A stretch of 64,000 nt of DNA from Cyanobacteriota bacterium (GTDB lineage: Bacteria > Cyanobacteriota > Cyanobacteriia > Thermostichales > Thermostichaceae): positions 32,001 through 96,000 of the forward strand of contig JANRIL010000006.1 in assembly GCA_033764955.1 (NCBI GenBank), read 5' to 3'. Below, in pieces: positions 21,216-33,428 of the stretch. The position numbers and the translations under genes are program-made. The number at the start of each line of letters is the position of its first letter. The first letter of the stretch is position 1. The notes under the pieces are model-generated. The model was not told where the DNA came from and searched no databases. It saw only the letters and a list, made by a program, of their open reading frames with translations.

Positions 21216-22334
21216 CTAGAAGGGGAGGGATCCCAAGTGGGTTTGGGGATAGTAGGAGCTGAGGATTTGTGCCGCAGACCGTCCGGCTTGGGCTTGTCCA
21301 TAGGCTCCCCATTGACAGAGACCCACTCCATGGCCGGCTCCCCGATAGGTGACGCGATAGCCCTGCTCTACAGGCTGCCAGTCATAGCGATTGCTGGGCA
21401 ACACCCCCCATCCCAAATCCTGCCCCAGTTGCAACCAAAAGGCTTGTCCAGTTAGGCGTCGGGATCCGACCGCGATCTGGGTGGGGCGACCGTGGGGATC
21501 CTGCTCCAGGACGTGCACCTCCCGTTCCCCAAAAATACGCTGGATGTCGGCCTGTGCAAGGTGGATCGTGTGGGGGCCATAAAACGGTGAGGGTTGGCAC
21601 CATTCACAGGGGATCCCTTGCAGATAGGGACGGGCGGGCGGGGCAAAAATGGTCTGGTTGGCGCTGGTGTGTCCGCCGCAGGTGGAGTGATAGAGGGCTT
21701 GGATCGGCTGTGGGTGGGAGGAGAAGGTCAATAGTTGTCCTGATGTGGCTTGCACCGCCCGCGTGGTAGTAGGTCGTTCGTAGGTGAGTCCGCCATAAAA
21801 TTGCTGTGCCGTCGAATCGAGCAACGGCGTCGGATCCCCCTGTTGGTGATGGCTGAGGGCGTGGGTGCGTGCCACGATTGCCTGGGCTTCTAGAGCCGCT
21901 GTCGGCCATTCCGGGGGCATTTCGCTGGGAACTACCCCATACAAATAGGCTTCCAGGGGCAAGTAATTGTGGATGGCTAGCTGATTGGCGGCGGTGATGC
22001 TGATTTCCAAGCGTCCTCGGTAGCGACGGGCAGGAGATTGTACCTGCACCTGGATGCCCTGCGCCTGCTCCACAAACAAAGATTGGCCGTAGCGGCGAGG
22101 GGAATGGTCGTGGGTCAGGCTCTCCACCCAGAGGGATCCCTCCTCTGCCCGCAACCGCCAGGATCCGTGTGCCACTGTTTTTCCGGCCAAGGTCAAGGGA
22201 GCGGTCAATATCACTTGGTCAAGCTGAGGAATATGGCTAAATAGGCGAACCCGCACCCAAGGCTGAGGAGGAGGGGGATCCCTAGCTAGCAGCACCCCCG
22301 TCCCCAAAATGACCAGCGATTGCCGACGATTCAC
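21216..22334 (-). CDS. SpoIID/LytB-domain protein
   Basis: YLYGVVPSEMP..WP.AALEAQAIVART, YHSTCGGHT, GAGHGVGLCQWGA; likely GTG start with an NRRQSL signal. Confidence 0.92.
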   Translation of the reverse strand: MNRRQSLVILGTGVLLARDPPPPQPWVRVRLFSHIPQLDQVILTAPLTLAGKTVAHGSWRLRAEEGSLWVESLTHDHSPRRYGQSLFVEQAQGIQVQVQSPARRYRGRLEISITAANQLAIHNYLPLEAYLYGVVPSEMPPEWPTAALEAQAIVARTHALSHHQQGDPTPLLDSTAQQFYGGLTYERPTTTRAVQATSGQLLTFSSHPQPIQALYHSTCGGHTSANQTIFAPPARPYLQGIPCEWCQPSPFYGPHTIHLAQADIQRIFGEREVHVLEQDPHGRPTQIAVGSRRLTGQAFWLQLGQDLGWGVLPSNRYDWQPVEQGYRVTYRGAGHGVGLCQWGAYGQAQAGRSAAQILSSYYPQTHLGSLPF

Positions 22335-22469
22335 AGGCTCGACCTCAAAAGGGGATCCCTGTGGGTAGGGGAGATATGCTGAACGAAAGGGTAACTCCTT
22401 CAAACAAAGAACCCATCATTGTCATCATCGCCTCCTATCCATTCTGTCTATCCGTAACCCATTCCGATT

Positions 22470-23564
22470 ATGTTGCCCAAAATTAGCTTGCAAACCCGTC
22501 TGTTGCTCTCCCATCTGGCGGTGATGGGGGTGGGGGTGGGGGCGCTGATTGTGGTGGGACGGGTCACCTCGCCCCGTTTTTTTGTAACCCACCTTGAACA
22601 GTTGGAGGTAGGGGGCATCAACCTGCGGCTAGAACGGACGGATCTGGTGCGGGGATTTGAGTTGGCCTGGACAAAAGGAGCTGATTGGTCGGTGTTAATT
22701 GGGGTGACGACCGCCGCCGGACTGGGGTTTTGGGTGTCTCACCGCATCAGTCAACCCCTACAAGAAATTGAAGAAGTCTCACGGCGGGTGGCGGCAGGGG
22801 ATCTTTCCTTTCGGGTTCCCCCCAACGAAATTATGGAGTTAGACCAACTGGGGCGCAGTTTTAACCATATGGCCGAAAGCCTTAGCCACATCGAACGCCG
22901 TCGCCGCGATTTGATCGGGGATCTCAGCCATGAACTACGCACCCCCTTGACGGTCTTGGAGGGGTATTTGGAGGGCTGTGCCGACGGGACGATTGAAGCC
23001 ACCCCCGAACTATTTGCCCGTTTGGGCAACGAGTCACGGCGGCTGCGGCGGTTGGTGGATGATTTGCAGGAGCTATCGAAAGCCGAATCCGGCTATTTAC
23101 CGATCACCCTGCAATCGGTCAGTTTATTGCCCCTTCTCAAGCGCACCCTGGAAAAACTGGGATCCCAAATTGGCGACGATGGCCCGACGTTGCGCCTGGA
23201 AGTACCCTCCGATCTGGCGCTGATTGAGGGGGATCCCGACCGGATCGAGCAAATTTTGATCAACATCATTGGCAATGCCATCCGCTACACGGCGACGGGC
23301 AGCATCACGGTGGCCGCTTGCCATCAGGAGCGATGGGTTTGGGTGTCCGTACAAGATACTGGCTGCGGCATTGCTACGGAAGATTTACCCTTTGTATTTG
23401 AGCGGTTTTGGCGAGCCGACCGTTCCCGCTCCCATGCCTCCGGCGGTTCAGGGATTGGGTTGGCGATTACCCGCCGTTTGGTGGAACTGCAAGGGGGGCG
23501 CATTGAGGTAGAGAGCCAACTGGGGCAGGGCAGTACCTTTCGTTTTTGCTTGCCAATGGCCTGA
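22470..23564 (+). CDS. HAMP sensor histidine kinase (BaeS-like), no adjacent response regulator
   Basis: 2 TM, HAMP, SHELRTPL H-box, NAIRY, DTGCGI, GSGIGL. Confidence 0.95.
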   Translation: MLPKISLQTRLLLSHLAVMGVGVGALIVVGRVTSPRFFVTHLEQLEVGGINLRLERTDLVRGFELAWTKGADWSVLIGVTTAAGLGFWVSHRISQPLQEIEEVSRRVAAGDLSFRVPPNEIMELDQLGRSFNHMAESLSHIERRRRDLIGDLSHELRTPLTVLEGYLEGCADGTIEATPELFARLGNESRRLRRLVDDLQELSKAESGYLPITLQSVSLLPLLKRTLEKLGSQIGDDGPTLRLEVPSDLALIEGDPDRIEQILINIIGNAIRYTATGSITVAACHQERWVWVSVQDTGCGIATEDLPFVFERFWRADRSRSHASGGSGIGLAITRRLVELQGGRIEVESQLGQGSTFRFCLPMA

Positions 23565-23639
23565 GTTGAGATGGCTAAAACCTCAGGGCTGGGGGAGAAT
23601 GCTAGAATGTCAATCTGCCAACGTTGGGGAGCATCGGGG

Positions 23640-24776
23640 ATGGCTAGGCCAAAAAAATCAGAAGCCCAAGAGCAGGCTGGAGATAGCGGCTTTGACAAAC
23701 TAGCCCCCGAAAAACGCAAAGCCCTCGACCAAGTATTAGGCCAGATTGAGCGCAACTTTGGCAAGGGATCCATCATGCGTTTGGGAGATGCCGCCCAGAT
23801 GAAGGTGGAGACCGTTTCTAGTGGTGCCCTCCCCCTTGATTTAGCGCTGGGAGGGGGCTATCCCAAAGGGCGGATCATTGAAGTGTTTGGGCCTGAATCC
23901 TCCGGTAAGACCTCGATTGCCCTCCATGCCATTGCGGAAGTACAAAAAGCGGGGGGAGTAGCGGCTTTTGTGGATGCCGAACATGCACTGGATCCCACCT
24001 ATGCGGCAGCCCTCGGCGTCAATATTCAGGATCTATTGGTGTCGCAACCGGACACAGGCGAATCCGCCCTAGAAATCGTCGATCAACTGGTGCGTTCCGC
24101 CGCCGTCGATATTATTGTGATTGACTCGGTGGCCGCCCTCGTCCCCCGTGCGGAAATCGAAGGGGATATGGGCGATGCTCATGTGGGTCTGCAAGCCCGT
24201 TTGATGAGTCAAGCCCTCCGCAAAATCGCCGGTAACATCAGCAAAACCGGATCCCTAGTGGTCTTTCTCAACCAACTGCGCGCCAAAATTGGCGGGATGG
24301 GGTATGGCCCCCAAGAAACCACAACCGGAGGCAATGCCCTCAAGTTTTATGCCTCCGTCCGTCTTGATATCCGGCGCATTCAAACCCTCAAAAAAGGCAA
24401 TGACGAATACGGGATCCGTGCGAAGGTAAAGGTCGTTAAAAATAAGGTGGCTCCTCCCTTCCGCCGCGCCGAGTTTGACATTATTTTTGGGCAAGGCATT
24501 TCAACGATTGGCTGTTTGATTGATCTGGCGGAAGAAGCAGGCATCGTGAAAAAACGTGGCTCTTGGTATAGCTACAAAGACGAAAATGTCTCCCAAGGTC
24601 GTGACAATCTGATTATTTATCTTAAAGAAAACCCAGAGATTCTCCATGAAATTGAGTTATTGCTGAAGGAAAAACTGGCTAGTGGAGTGGCGGTTTCTGC
24701 CACATCGGTTGCCCCCCTCGAAGAAGGCGATGAGACCGAAGTTACGGAACAGGAAACATTGGAAGAAGAGTTTTAG
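23640..24776 (+). CDS. recA: Recombinase A
   Basis: [44 protein letters not shown]; no intein. Confidence 0.99.
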   Translation: MARPKKSEAQEQAGDSGFDKLAPEKRKALDQVLGQIERNFGKGSIMRLGDAAQMKVETVSSGALPLDLALGGGYPKGRIIEVFGPESSGKTSIALHAIAEVQKAGGVAAFVDAEHALDPTYAAALGVNIQDLLVSQPDTGESALEIVDQLVRSAAVDIIVIDSVAALVPRAEIEGDMGDAHVGLQARLMSQALRKIAGNISKTGSLVVFLNQLRAKIGGMGYGPQETTTGGNALKFYASVRLDIRRIQTLKKGNDEYGIRAKVKVVKNKVAPPFRRAEFDIIFGQGISTIGCLIDLAEEAGIVKKRGSWYSYKDENVSQGRDNLIIYLKENPEILHEIELLLKEKLASGVAVSATSVAPLEEGDETEVTEQETLEEEF

Positions 24777-24925
24777 AGCTTCTTTTCAAAGAAATGTTTT
24801 TTCAAAAAATATTGAGTCGCTGGTGGATTGCTGAGATATTGCTAACTTAGCAACCCAATACTGACCGCATTGTGTCGATCCCCTGCATGGATGATATCCC
24901 CTAGCCTGGTGAGAGTTCTCCTCCT

Positions 24926-25633
24926 ATGACTGCTAATCTCCCCCCTCTCCCTGGGGCTAGCGACCTCCGTTTTGACCCGATCCCGGCTGAGCTACGTCAG
25001 CGATTGGGGGATCCCTTATCCCCCCTACAATGGCGTCCGTATCCGTGGCTCCCCTTTGATTGGTCATTACAGGTGGGGGATTGGGGGTGGATTTATGCCA
25101 GCCCTGAAGTGGAAACGGTGGGATGGGCGGAAGCTTTGCTGCGCCTGCGCTGGTCCCACCCGCCCATCCCTTGGGTTCGTCCTCCCGATTCCCTGCTAAC
25201 CCATTTGCAGGAGCCCTCTCCCCAAGATCAGGTATTGCTCACTTTTTGCTGGAGCCTGAACCGAGTTGTGCAGGCAGCTGTGTTGGATCAAGAGTTAGCT
25301 ACCGCTGGCTACAGTCCGCAGGAGAGCCACAACCGCACCCTTGATCAGATCTGTCAGCATGTTGAACGGATCCCAGAATTTGCCAGAGTTTTACTCGTAT
25401 TGGAGTTGCTCTATCGGGAGATTTCCATTCCGCAACAGCAGCAACTCAAAGCTATCTGTGGTCAAGACGTGATGCAGGCGGCTTATCAGATGAATATGAT
25501 GTGTGTGGATCCCCATAGCCCCGACCGAACCCTGCTACAGGTACAGCGTATTGCTCTGAAGTTGGCGGGGGAGGCAGAAGCCTATTTACGCTCAAGTGTG
25601 CGGACACAATTGTCCGATGGGCGAATCGTCTAG
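24926..25633 (+). CDS. Hypothetical protein
   Basis: 235-aa ORF with ATG filling the gap after recA; no motif recognised. Confidence 0.65.
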   Translation: MTANLPPLPGASDLRFDPIPAELRQRLGDPLSPLQWRPYPWLPFDWSLQVGDWGWIYASPEVETVGWAEALLRLRWSHPPIPWVRPPDSLLTHLQEPSPQDQVLLTFCWSLNRVVQAAVLDQELATAGYSPQESHNRTLDQICQHVERIPEFARVLLVLELLYREISIPQQQQLKAICGQDVMQAAYQMNMMCVDPHSPDRTLLQVQRIALKLAGEAEAYLRSSVRTQLSDGRIV

Positions 25634-25770
25634 CCTCAAGAGTGGAGTGCTATTGACTATCGGAATCTCTATCGAAAACCCTAGCCCCTGTGGAGAAGGA
25701 GGATCCCTCTGGACAAACGGAAGCTTGCGACTATGATCAAGGCGAAGCATTCGGGGAGTTAGCTTTTCTC

Positions 25771-26148
25771 ATGGCAACTTTATACGAGCAAATCGGTGGA
25801 GCCGCTGCCGTTCAATTGGCGGTGGATAACTTTTATCAGCGGGTCATGGCGGATTCACGGATCAATCACTTTTTTGCTGGGGTTGATATGCAAAAACAAC
25901 GCGCCCATCAGGTGGCCTTTCTCACCTATGCCTTTGGGGGCAGTTCTCAGTATGACGGGCGATCCATGCAAAAAGCTCACGAACGCCTAGTGCAGCAGAT
26001 GGGGTTGACTGATACCCACTACGATGCCGTGGTCGAAAACCTGGTGGCAACCTTGCAAGAGCTACAAGTGGCTGAACCACTCATTGGGGAGGTGGGTCAA
26101 CTGGCCGAGTCTATTCGCAAGGATGTTTTGAGTCAGTCGGCTAGCTAA
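25771..26148 (+). CDS. glbN: Group 1 truncated hemoglobin (cyanoglobin)
   Basis: TLYEQIGG, VDNFYQRV, HFF, QRAHQ.AFLTYAFGG, YDGR.M..AH. Confidence 0.93.
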   Translation: MATLYEQIGGAAAVQLAVDNFYQRVMADSRINHFFAGVDMQKQRAHQVAFLTYAFGGSSQYDGRSMQKAHERLVQQMGLTDTHYDAVVENLVATLQELQVAEPLIGEVGQLAESIRKDVLSQSAS

Positions 26149-26202
26149 TCGTTGGGATCCTAAATTACTTGCTCCCCCTCAACAGGGGAGGAACCCATCG
26201 AA

Positions 26203-26898
26203 CTATCCTTGGATGTAAGGGGTGACATCTTCTCCACACTGATCGGCGAGGTAGGAGAGGGCTCGAAAGCGGAGAGCCACCACCTGCTCGTAGAGAGGAT
26301 TGAGTTTGCACATCGGGGGAATGTGAATCACCTTTTGTCCAAATACTGTCACATCCCGCTCAAAGGGGCATTGGGCTGGAATCAGTCGGCATAAAAACTT
26401 AGCCACCTTTGGATTTTTAACTTCAATCCCATCCATCCACTGCCGCATCGGTGCCAACAAATCGGGGCTGGTCTCCGAGGCATCCTCGCTGGTAGGGTAC
26501 ACCCCAGACACCAGCGTAGAACGCAGTAATTCTAATTGGGGAATCTGCAAGTGCAAAGCCTGAGAAAAAGCTTGTAGCAACTTGTCTTCTTCCTTCGAAT
26601 ACAGACCATCCGCCACCGCTGTCATCACGGCTGTTCTGAGAAAATCTTCTGCATGTTTCGGATCCAACTGTTGTCCTAGCTCCTCCGGACTAATCGGCTC
26701 CAGAGGCTGATCGGCTTCCTGTGGCCACTCCGAACGGATGAGATCTTCAATCAAAGCCTGCTCCTGCGGATCGTAATGACCATCCGCCCAGGCTAAACTG
26801 AGCAGACCCCGCAGCCAGAGATGGGCTTGGGCGGGACTACCGTCAAAGTCAAGGGGTTGAGCAGAATTGGCAGCAGCATGGGTCTGCATTCGATCCAA
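26203..26898 (-). CDS. TerB-like plus 'Mo-dependent nitrogenase C-terminal' domain protein
   Basis: WLRGLLSLAWADG, AVADG, IPAQCPFERD, HIPPMCKLNPLYEQ..LRFRAL.YLAD. Confidence 0.9.
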   Translation of the reverse strand: MDRMQTHAAANSAQPLDFDGSPAQAHLWLRGLLSLAWADGHYDPQEQALIEDLIRSEWPQEADQPLEPISPEELGQQLDPKHAEDFLRTAVMTAVADGLYSKEEDKLLQAFSQALHLQIPQLELLRSTLVSGVYPTSEDASETSPDLLAPMRQWMDGIEVKNPKVAKFLCRLIPAQCPFERDVTVFGQKVIHIPPMCKLNPLYEQVVALRFRALSYLADQCGEDVTPYIQG

Positions 26899-26970
26899 AT
26901 CCCTTTGCTATCCATCCATCGTTATTGTAGGAAGTTAGCGGATCCCCTTGCTGAAATCAGCAGATTTTTG

Positions 26971-27615
26971 TTAGTTTGTCTCTTCTTGCATGGGCTGTCC
27001 CTCCCTATTGGCCAAATTCATCAAGGAGGTAACTCCCAACGCCAATGCTCGCACCTGCGCTAAGTCATGGCTGAGGGGTTGCAGAGGGCCATCCACCAAG
27101 AGAGCCGCTAATCCATGCACCAAACTCCATACTCCCATCGCGGCTTGCTCCCGTCGCGGGGCAGCTAGCTGAAATTCATCAATAACCTGCATGACGGTAC
27201 GAAAAACCGAGGTGCAGGCGGGGTTATTGCTGGTGAAAGGGGATCCCATTTCGGGGCGAAACATCAGGCGAAAGTCCGCCGGATGTTCAACAGCAAACAT
27301 CACATAAGCCACTCCAACGGCTTGTAACTTTTCTTGGGGGGTTGTCTGGCCCAGCAAGGCACGCTGGTAAGCCTGCTCCAGTCGCTCAAAGCGATGCCAG
27401 ACCAATTCTTGAATCAACTCTGCCTTGTCTTTGAAATGGTGATAGGGGGCACCCGAACTGACTCCCGCTCGCCGTGCCACCTCCCGCAATGTCAGGGACT
27501 CAATGCCGGATTCCTGCACCAGTTGTCCGGCTGCCTCAATTAGAGCAATGCGGAGATTGCCGTGGTGGTAAGCATCGGTTTTTTTGAGAGATTTAGGAGC
27601 CACAAGAGAAACCAC
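26971..27615 (-). CDS. TetR-family regulator (WHG-type C-terminus)
   Basis: YHHGNLR.ALI, LTLREVARRAGVS.GAPYHHF, WSLVHGLA; start uncertain. Confidence 0.92.
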   Translation of the reverse strand: MVSLVAPKSLKKTDAYHHGNLRIALIEAAGQLVQESGIESLTLREVARRAGVSSGAPYHHFKDKAELIQELVWHRFERLEQAYQRALLGQTTPQEKLQAVGVAYVMFAVEHPADFRLMFRPEMGSPFTSNNPACTSVFRTVMQVIDEFQLAAPRREQAAMGVWSLVHGLAALLVDGPLQPLSHDLAQVRALALGVTSLMNLANREGQPMQEETN

Positions 27616-27620
27616 ATGGG

Positions 27621-27684
27621 ATCTTGACAACGTTTAGATCATAGTTCATCTTAGAGGTGTTCAGATTCTAAGCATCGCTTAGAT
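27621..27684. promoter_or_regulatory. Three 19-bp palindromic TetR operators overlapping a sigma70 promoter of the SDR gene
   Basis: ATCTTGAC-AAC-GTTTAGAT (27621), ATCTTAGA-GGT-GTTCAGAT (27648), TTCTAAGC-ATC-GCTTAGAT (27666); TTGACA-N17-CATCTT at 27624-27652. Confidence 0.75.
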
Positions 27685-27716
27685 AAAATTCAGCCACTTA
27701 ACCAAAGGAAGCCCTT

Positions 27717-28493
27717 ATGCTGTTGTTGTCCAAAAATGCCCTTGTCTTTGCGGCTAGCGGAGCAATTGGGGGAGAGGTTGCCCGTCAATTTGCGAAAGAG
27801 GGGGCACAGGTTTGGCTTTCGGGCAGAAACGCGGTCGCATTGAGCAGTTTACAAAAGCAGATTGAGGCGACGGGGGGAACCGCTCATGTCGAACTTGTTG
27901 ATGCCACCGATGCCTCCGCCGTGATCGCCTACGTCAAGCGGGTTACTCAAATGGCAGGATCGATTGATGTAGTTTTCAACGGCATTGGTGGCAGACCTAG
28001 CGATTTGGGCTACCCCAGTTCTTCGTTGGGTTTAGATGTGGAGCAATTTTTTAAGCCCCTCCGCTTGATTGTGGGATCCACTTTCCTGACCTCACAAGCG
28101 GTTGCTCAGCAGATGATCCAGCAGGGGAGCGGCGCGATTGTGACCTTATCTGCCACTCTCACGGGCATGACCGCTCCCCATATGGCTAGCATCACCGCCA
28201 CCTGCGGCGCGATTGAAGCCATGACCCGTTCGCTAGCCGGAGAATTTGGCAGATCAGGAGTAAGGGTGAACTGTGTCAGGGGATCCGCAATGCCCGAAAC
28301 CCGCACTATTCAAGAAACGATGGCCGGTCAACAGCAACTTATGGGATCCCTGCCCACGATGGAGTTACCCCCCTTAGGTCGCCCCATTTCCGTCGGAGAA
28401 ACCGCCGCCACCGTAGCTTTTCTGGCCTCAGATCGCGCGAGTGGCATGACCGGACAAGTGGTTACGGTTTGTGCGGGAGCGTTTGTGGGCTAG
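27717..28493 (+). CDS. SDR-family oxidoreductase (atypical active site)
   Basis: ASGAIG Rossmann motif, DVVFNG, GVRVNCV, FLASDRASGMTGQ; YxxxK replaced by ITATC. Confidence 0.88.
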   Translation: MLLLSKNALVFAASGAIGGEVARQFAKEGAQVWLSGRNAVALSSLQKQIEATGGTAHVELVDATDASAVIAYVKRVTQMAGSIDVVFNGIGGRPSDLGYPSSSLGLDVEQFFKPLRLIVGSTFLTSQAVAQQMIQQGSGAIVTLSATLTGMTAPHMASITATCGAIEAMTRSLAGEFGRSGVRVNCVRGSAMPETRTIQETMAGQQQLMGSLPTMELPPLGRPISVGETAATVAFLASDRASGMTGQVVTVCAGAFVG

Positions 28494-28652
28494 GGAATTT
28501 AGCCTGAGTTTGATGGGGTAAGAACAAATCCAATCTTTTCAACCCTTTTCTAGAGGGGGTTGACCAGAGTGGAGCCTTGCAAAAAAATGGTTCAGTAGGA
28601 TAAACAGGTTGCTACCGCTTGATCCGGATCCCATAACAGGATCTAAGGTGTA

Positions 28653-29597
28653 TTAGAGAGCTTCCGATCCGCCCACAACCTCCAAAATCTCCTGGGTGAT
28701 AGCCGCCTGCCGCGCCTTGTTATAGGAGAGTCCTAGTTTTTTGATCAAATCGCTGGCGTTATCACTGGCATTATTCATCGCTGTCATGCGAGAGGCCAAT
28801 TCGCTAGCTGCCGACTCCTGGAGAGCACGCAACAGTTGGTTATTCAAATAGAGGGGCAAAAGGGCATCCAAAATTTGGACGGGATCCTGCTCAAAGATCA
28901 TGTCCTGCGGGGGAGCTGTCAGTTGGGCGGTCACCTTGCTGCGCTCCACCGTGAAATCTCCCCCTTTCACCAGTAGCCTGAAAACTTCATCCTCGGCGGA
29001 CGAAAGCTGGGTGACGTTGAGGGGTAACAAACTTTGAATGGTGGGGCGAGAACTGATCAAGGAGACAAATCGAGTATAGATAAGCTCAACTTTATCAATA
29101 GACTCGGAAAGAAAAGCTGACAATAAAAAGTCCCCAACAGTTGCCGCTTCAGCAGCGGTGGGAATTTGTTCCAAATTCATGAAAGATTTGGCAATCGGAG
29201 CCTGCCGTCGTTGAAAATATTGGTTCGCTTTCCGACCCACCAAAATATATTCGTATTCAATTCCCGCCTGTTGCAACTCACGAGAGCGCTCTTCTGCTTT
29301 TTTGATCACATTGGAGTTATAACCTCCACACAAACCGCGATCCCCAGAAATCACCAAAAGACCTACCTTTTTCACCTCCCGATTTTGCAGGAGGGGCAAG
29401 TTGATATCTTCGAGTTTGAGACGAGTTTGCAAGCGAAAAAAGACTTGAGCCAAGCGATCCGCAAAAGGACGGGTGGCATTCACCTGTTCTTGGGCACGCC
29501 GTACCCGTGCCGCGGCTACCAAGCGCATCGCTTCGGTAATTTTGCGGGTGTTTTTGACGGATTTGATCCGGTCGCGGATCCCTTTCAGATTAGCCAT
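28653..29597 (-). CDS. atpG: ATP synthase F1 gamma
   Basis: [37 protein letters not shown]. Confidence 0.99.
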   Translation of the reverse strand: MANLKGIRDRIKSVKNTRKITEAMRLVAAARVRRAQEQVNATRPFADRLAQVFFRLQTRLKLEDINLPLLQNREVKKVGLLVISGDRGLCGGYNSNVIKKAEERSRELQQAGIEYEYILVGRKANQYFQRRQAPIAKSFMNLEQIPTAAEAATVGDFLLSAFLSESIDKVELIYTRFVSLISSRPTIQSLLPLNVTQLSSAEDEVFRLLVKGGDFTVERSKVTAQLTAPPQDMIFEQDPVQILDALLPLYLNNQLLRALQESAASELASRMTAMNNASDNASDLIKKLGLSYNKARQAAITQEILEVVGGSEAL

Positions 29598-29696
29598 AGA
29601 TGGTGTCCTGTCAGACTGAAATTACGGATCTGGCTTGAGGTTGGGGGGAAGTCAGCATTCCCCCCATTGAGAGCATCAAAGGCAAGCCTTCCACGG

Positions 29697-31241
<1,545 letters not shown>

Positions 31242-31256
31242 TCAATCGGTTCGGGA

Positions 31257-31805
31257 TCACGCTAACTGTAATGCCAGACGGCGCAGTTGCCCACGCAAGC
31301 TGAGATCCATCACCTGGGATCCCACTTTGATAATTACCCCTCCAATCAGGCTGCTATCCACATAGCTTTGCAGTTCGACACTACTGACTTGACTAAACTG
31401 CATAACCCGATCACGAATCGCCTGCTTGTGGACATCCGTCAACTCAATGGCCGAGGTCACTTCCGCCAGAGCCACTCGCTGTAGCTTGCGCTGGAGTTCG
31501 AGAAATCGTTGACAAACCGCCGTGATAAACATGATGCGTCGTCGATCCGTCAATAGCTTAAAGGTGTTAAGGATCAAGGGATGGATTTGATCCTGCAACA
31601 CGCTTTCCAAGAGCTGCTTCTTGGCTTCTACCTTGATAATCGGGCTAGCCAAAAATTGTCCCAACTCCGGTGCCGCCTCTAACGCCGCCACGACAAAGCG
31701 AATGTCGGCGGCAAACGAATCGACCAGGTTGTGGGCGGAAGCCAACGCCAACAATGCCTCGGCATAGGGATCCGCGATTTGCTGCGCCATTGCACCTGCT
31801 GCCAT
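31257..31805 (-). CDS. atpH: ATP synthase F1 delta
   Basis: PYAEAL, VDSSLIGGVIIKVGSQVMDLSL; operon position. Confidence 0.97.
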   Translation of the reverse strand: MAAGAMAQQIADPYAEALLALASAHNLVDSFAADIRFVVAALEAAPELGQFLASPIIKVEAKKQLLESVLQDQIHPLILNTFKLLTDRRRIMFITAVCQRFLELQRKLQRVALAEVTSAIELTDVHKQAIRDRVMQFSQVSSVELQSYVDSSLIGGVIIKVGSQVMDLSLRGQLRRLALQLA

Positions 31806-31806
31806 G

Positions 31807-32391
31807 TTATCGCTGTCCTCCTAACTGCTGAATGCCTTGCTCAATCAGGGATCCCTGAATGGATTCGCTGACTCGTTGCGGGAGTTCTGCCTCCACTTGC
31901 GCCAGAGCACGCAGGGCAATTTGCCGCCGCAATTCCTGAATGACCCGCTCCCGCTCGGTGGAAGCATCTTTCTCGGCGTTGGCTCGCATCCGCTCGATAT
32001 CCCGCTCCGCTTGGGCAATCAACTCAGCCCGCAGCTTTTCGGCGTTAGCTTCCGCTTGCTGCTTGATGCGTTCCGCTTCCTGTTGAGCCTGGGCTAGCTT
32101 CTGCTGTTGATCCGCCAATGCTTCCAAAGCAGTCTGTTTCTTTTGTTCCGCTTGCTCTAGTTCCGCTACAATCGCGGCTTTGCGTTTCGCCAACGCTTCT
32201 CCAATCACATTGCGACCTAGGTAGATCAACAGCCCCAAAATGATGGCAATGTTAATCAGGTTGCTTCCCAAAATATCCGAACTGAAGCCAAACCCTGCCT
32301 CTTCAGCTTCTTCTAGTTCTTCTGCCAAATCGACGGCCTCCGCCGCCATCGGCATTATCCATAAGGGCATCACGCCTAGCAGTTGGATCAT
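31807..32391 (-). CDS. atpF: ATP synthase F0 subunit b
   Basis: [15 protein letters not shown] plus TM and coiled coil. Confidence 0.95.
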   Translation of the reverse strand: MIQLLGVMPLWIMPMAAEAVDLAEELEEAEEAGFGFSSDILGSNLINIAIILGLLIYLGRNVIGEALAKRKAAIVAELEQAEQKKQTALEALADQQQKLAQAQQEAERIKQQAEANAEKLRAELIAQAERDIERMRANAEKDASTERERVIQELRRQIALRALAQVEAELPQRVSESIQGSLIEQGIQQLGGQR

Positions 32392-32400
32392 GACTTTCTC

Positions 32401-32886
32401 CTATCCCATGTGAGCGGATACACCCAAAAGTTTCTGGGTGATTTGTTGGCTAAGAATGCCGATTTGTCCCTCAAGTTCTTGCAGGGCAGCTTGTTTTTCC
32501 TGCTCAATGGTTAAGCGAGCAGATTCCAGTTTGGCCTGAATCTCCGCTTGCACCTCGGCAACTTTTTGGGCACGGATTTTGAGAGCGGCGGCTTCGGCGT
32601 CGCCAATCACCTGCTGAGCTTTTTGGCGAGCCTGGGTGATGGCCTCTTGATATTGCTGAGCCGTGGCTTTGGCCTTCTCCGTCCGCTCACGGGCTTCCGC
32701 TAGGGTAGTGCGAATAAAATCCTGACGGCTATCGATAGCTTCCCCAACAGGCTTATAGAAAATTGCATTGAGAACAGCCACCAAGATCAAAAACTGGATA
32801 GCCATAAACGGCAGAGTGGCATCGAGATCAAATAGCCCTCCTTTTTCGGCTGACTCCGCAGCAAAAAGCAATGTCGAGTGAAACAT
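32401..32886 (-). CDS. atpF2: ATP synthase F0 subunit b'
   Basis: GGLFDLDATLPFMAIQF..LNAIFYKP. Confidence 0.95.
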   Translation of the reverse strand: MFHSTLLFAAESAEKGGLFDLDATLPFMAIQFLILVAVLNAIFYKPVGEAIDSRQDFIRTTLAEARERTEKAKATAQQYQEAITQARQKAQQVIGDAEAAALKIRAQKVAEVQAEIQAKLESARLTIEQEKQAALQELEGQIGILSQQITQKLLGVSAHMG

Positions 32887-32964
32887 AGTGAAATCACATT
32901 TAAGGTGGAGAGATGGAAGATGGCGATCCATCACAGGTAAACACAAACATTTCATCACAGAAGA

Positions 32965-32996
32965 AGGATAGGTAAGCCCAAAAACTTACCCATCCT
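32965..32996 (-). terminator. Internal stem-loop after atpE (partial terminator or mRNA stabiliser)
   Basis: Minus strand AGGATGGGTAAG-N8-CTTACCTATCCT followed by TCTTCT, 16 nt after the atpE stop. Confidence 0.6.
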
Positions 32997-33011
32997 CCGC
33001 CCCAAGAGTGA

Positions 33012-33338
<327 letters not shown>

Positions 33339-33428
33339 TCACCCATTGTTAGCCGCCAGGGAAAATCATCAGAAATGGCTTCTCTGGCTCTAACAAAGCT
33401 TTTGACAGCACCCTCCCACATTCACAAC

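Noticed and set aside
26203..26898. Nitrogen-fixation locus (with glbN)
   Set aside because: The 'Mo-dependent nitrogenase C-terminal' domain is common in non-diazotrophs and no nif genes are present
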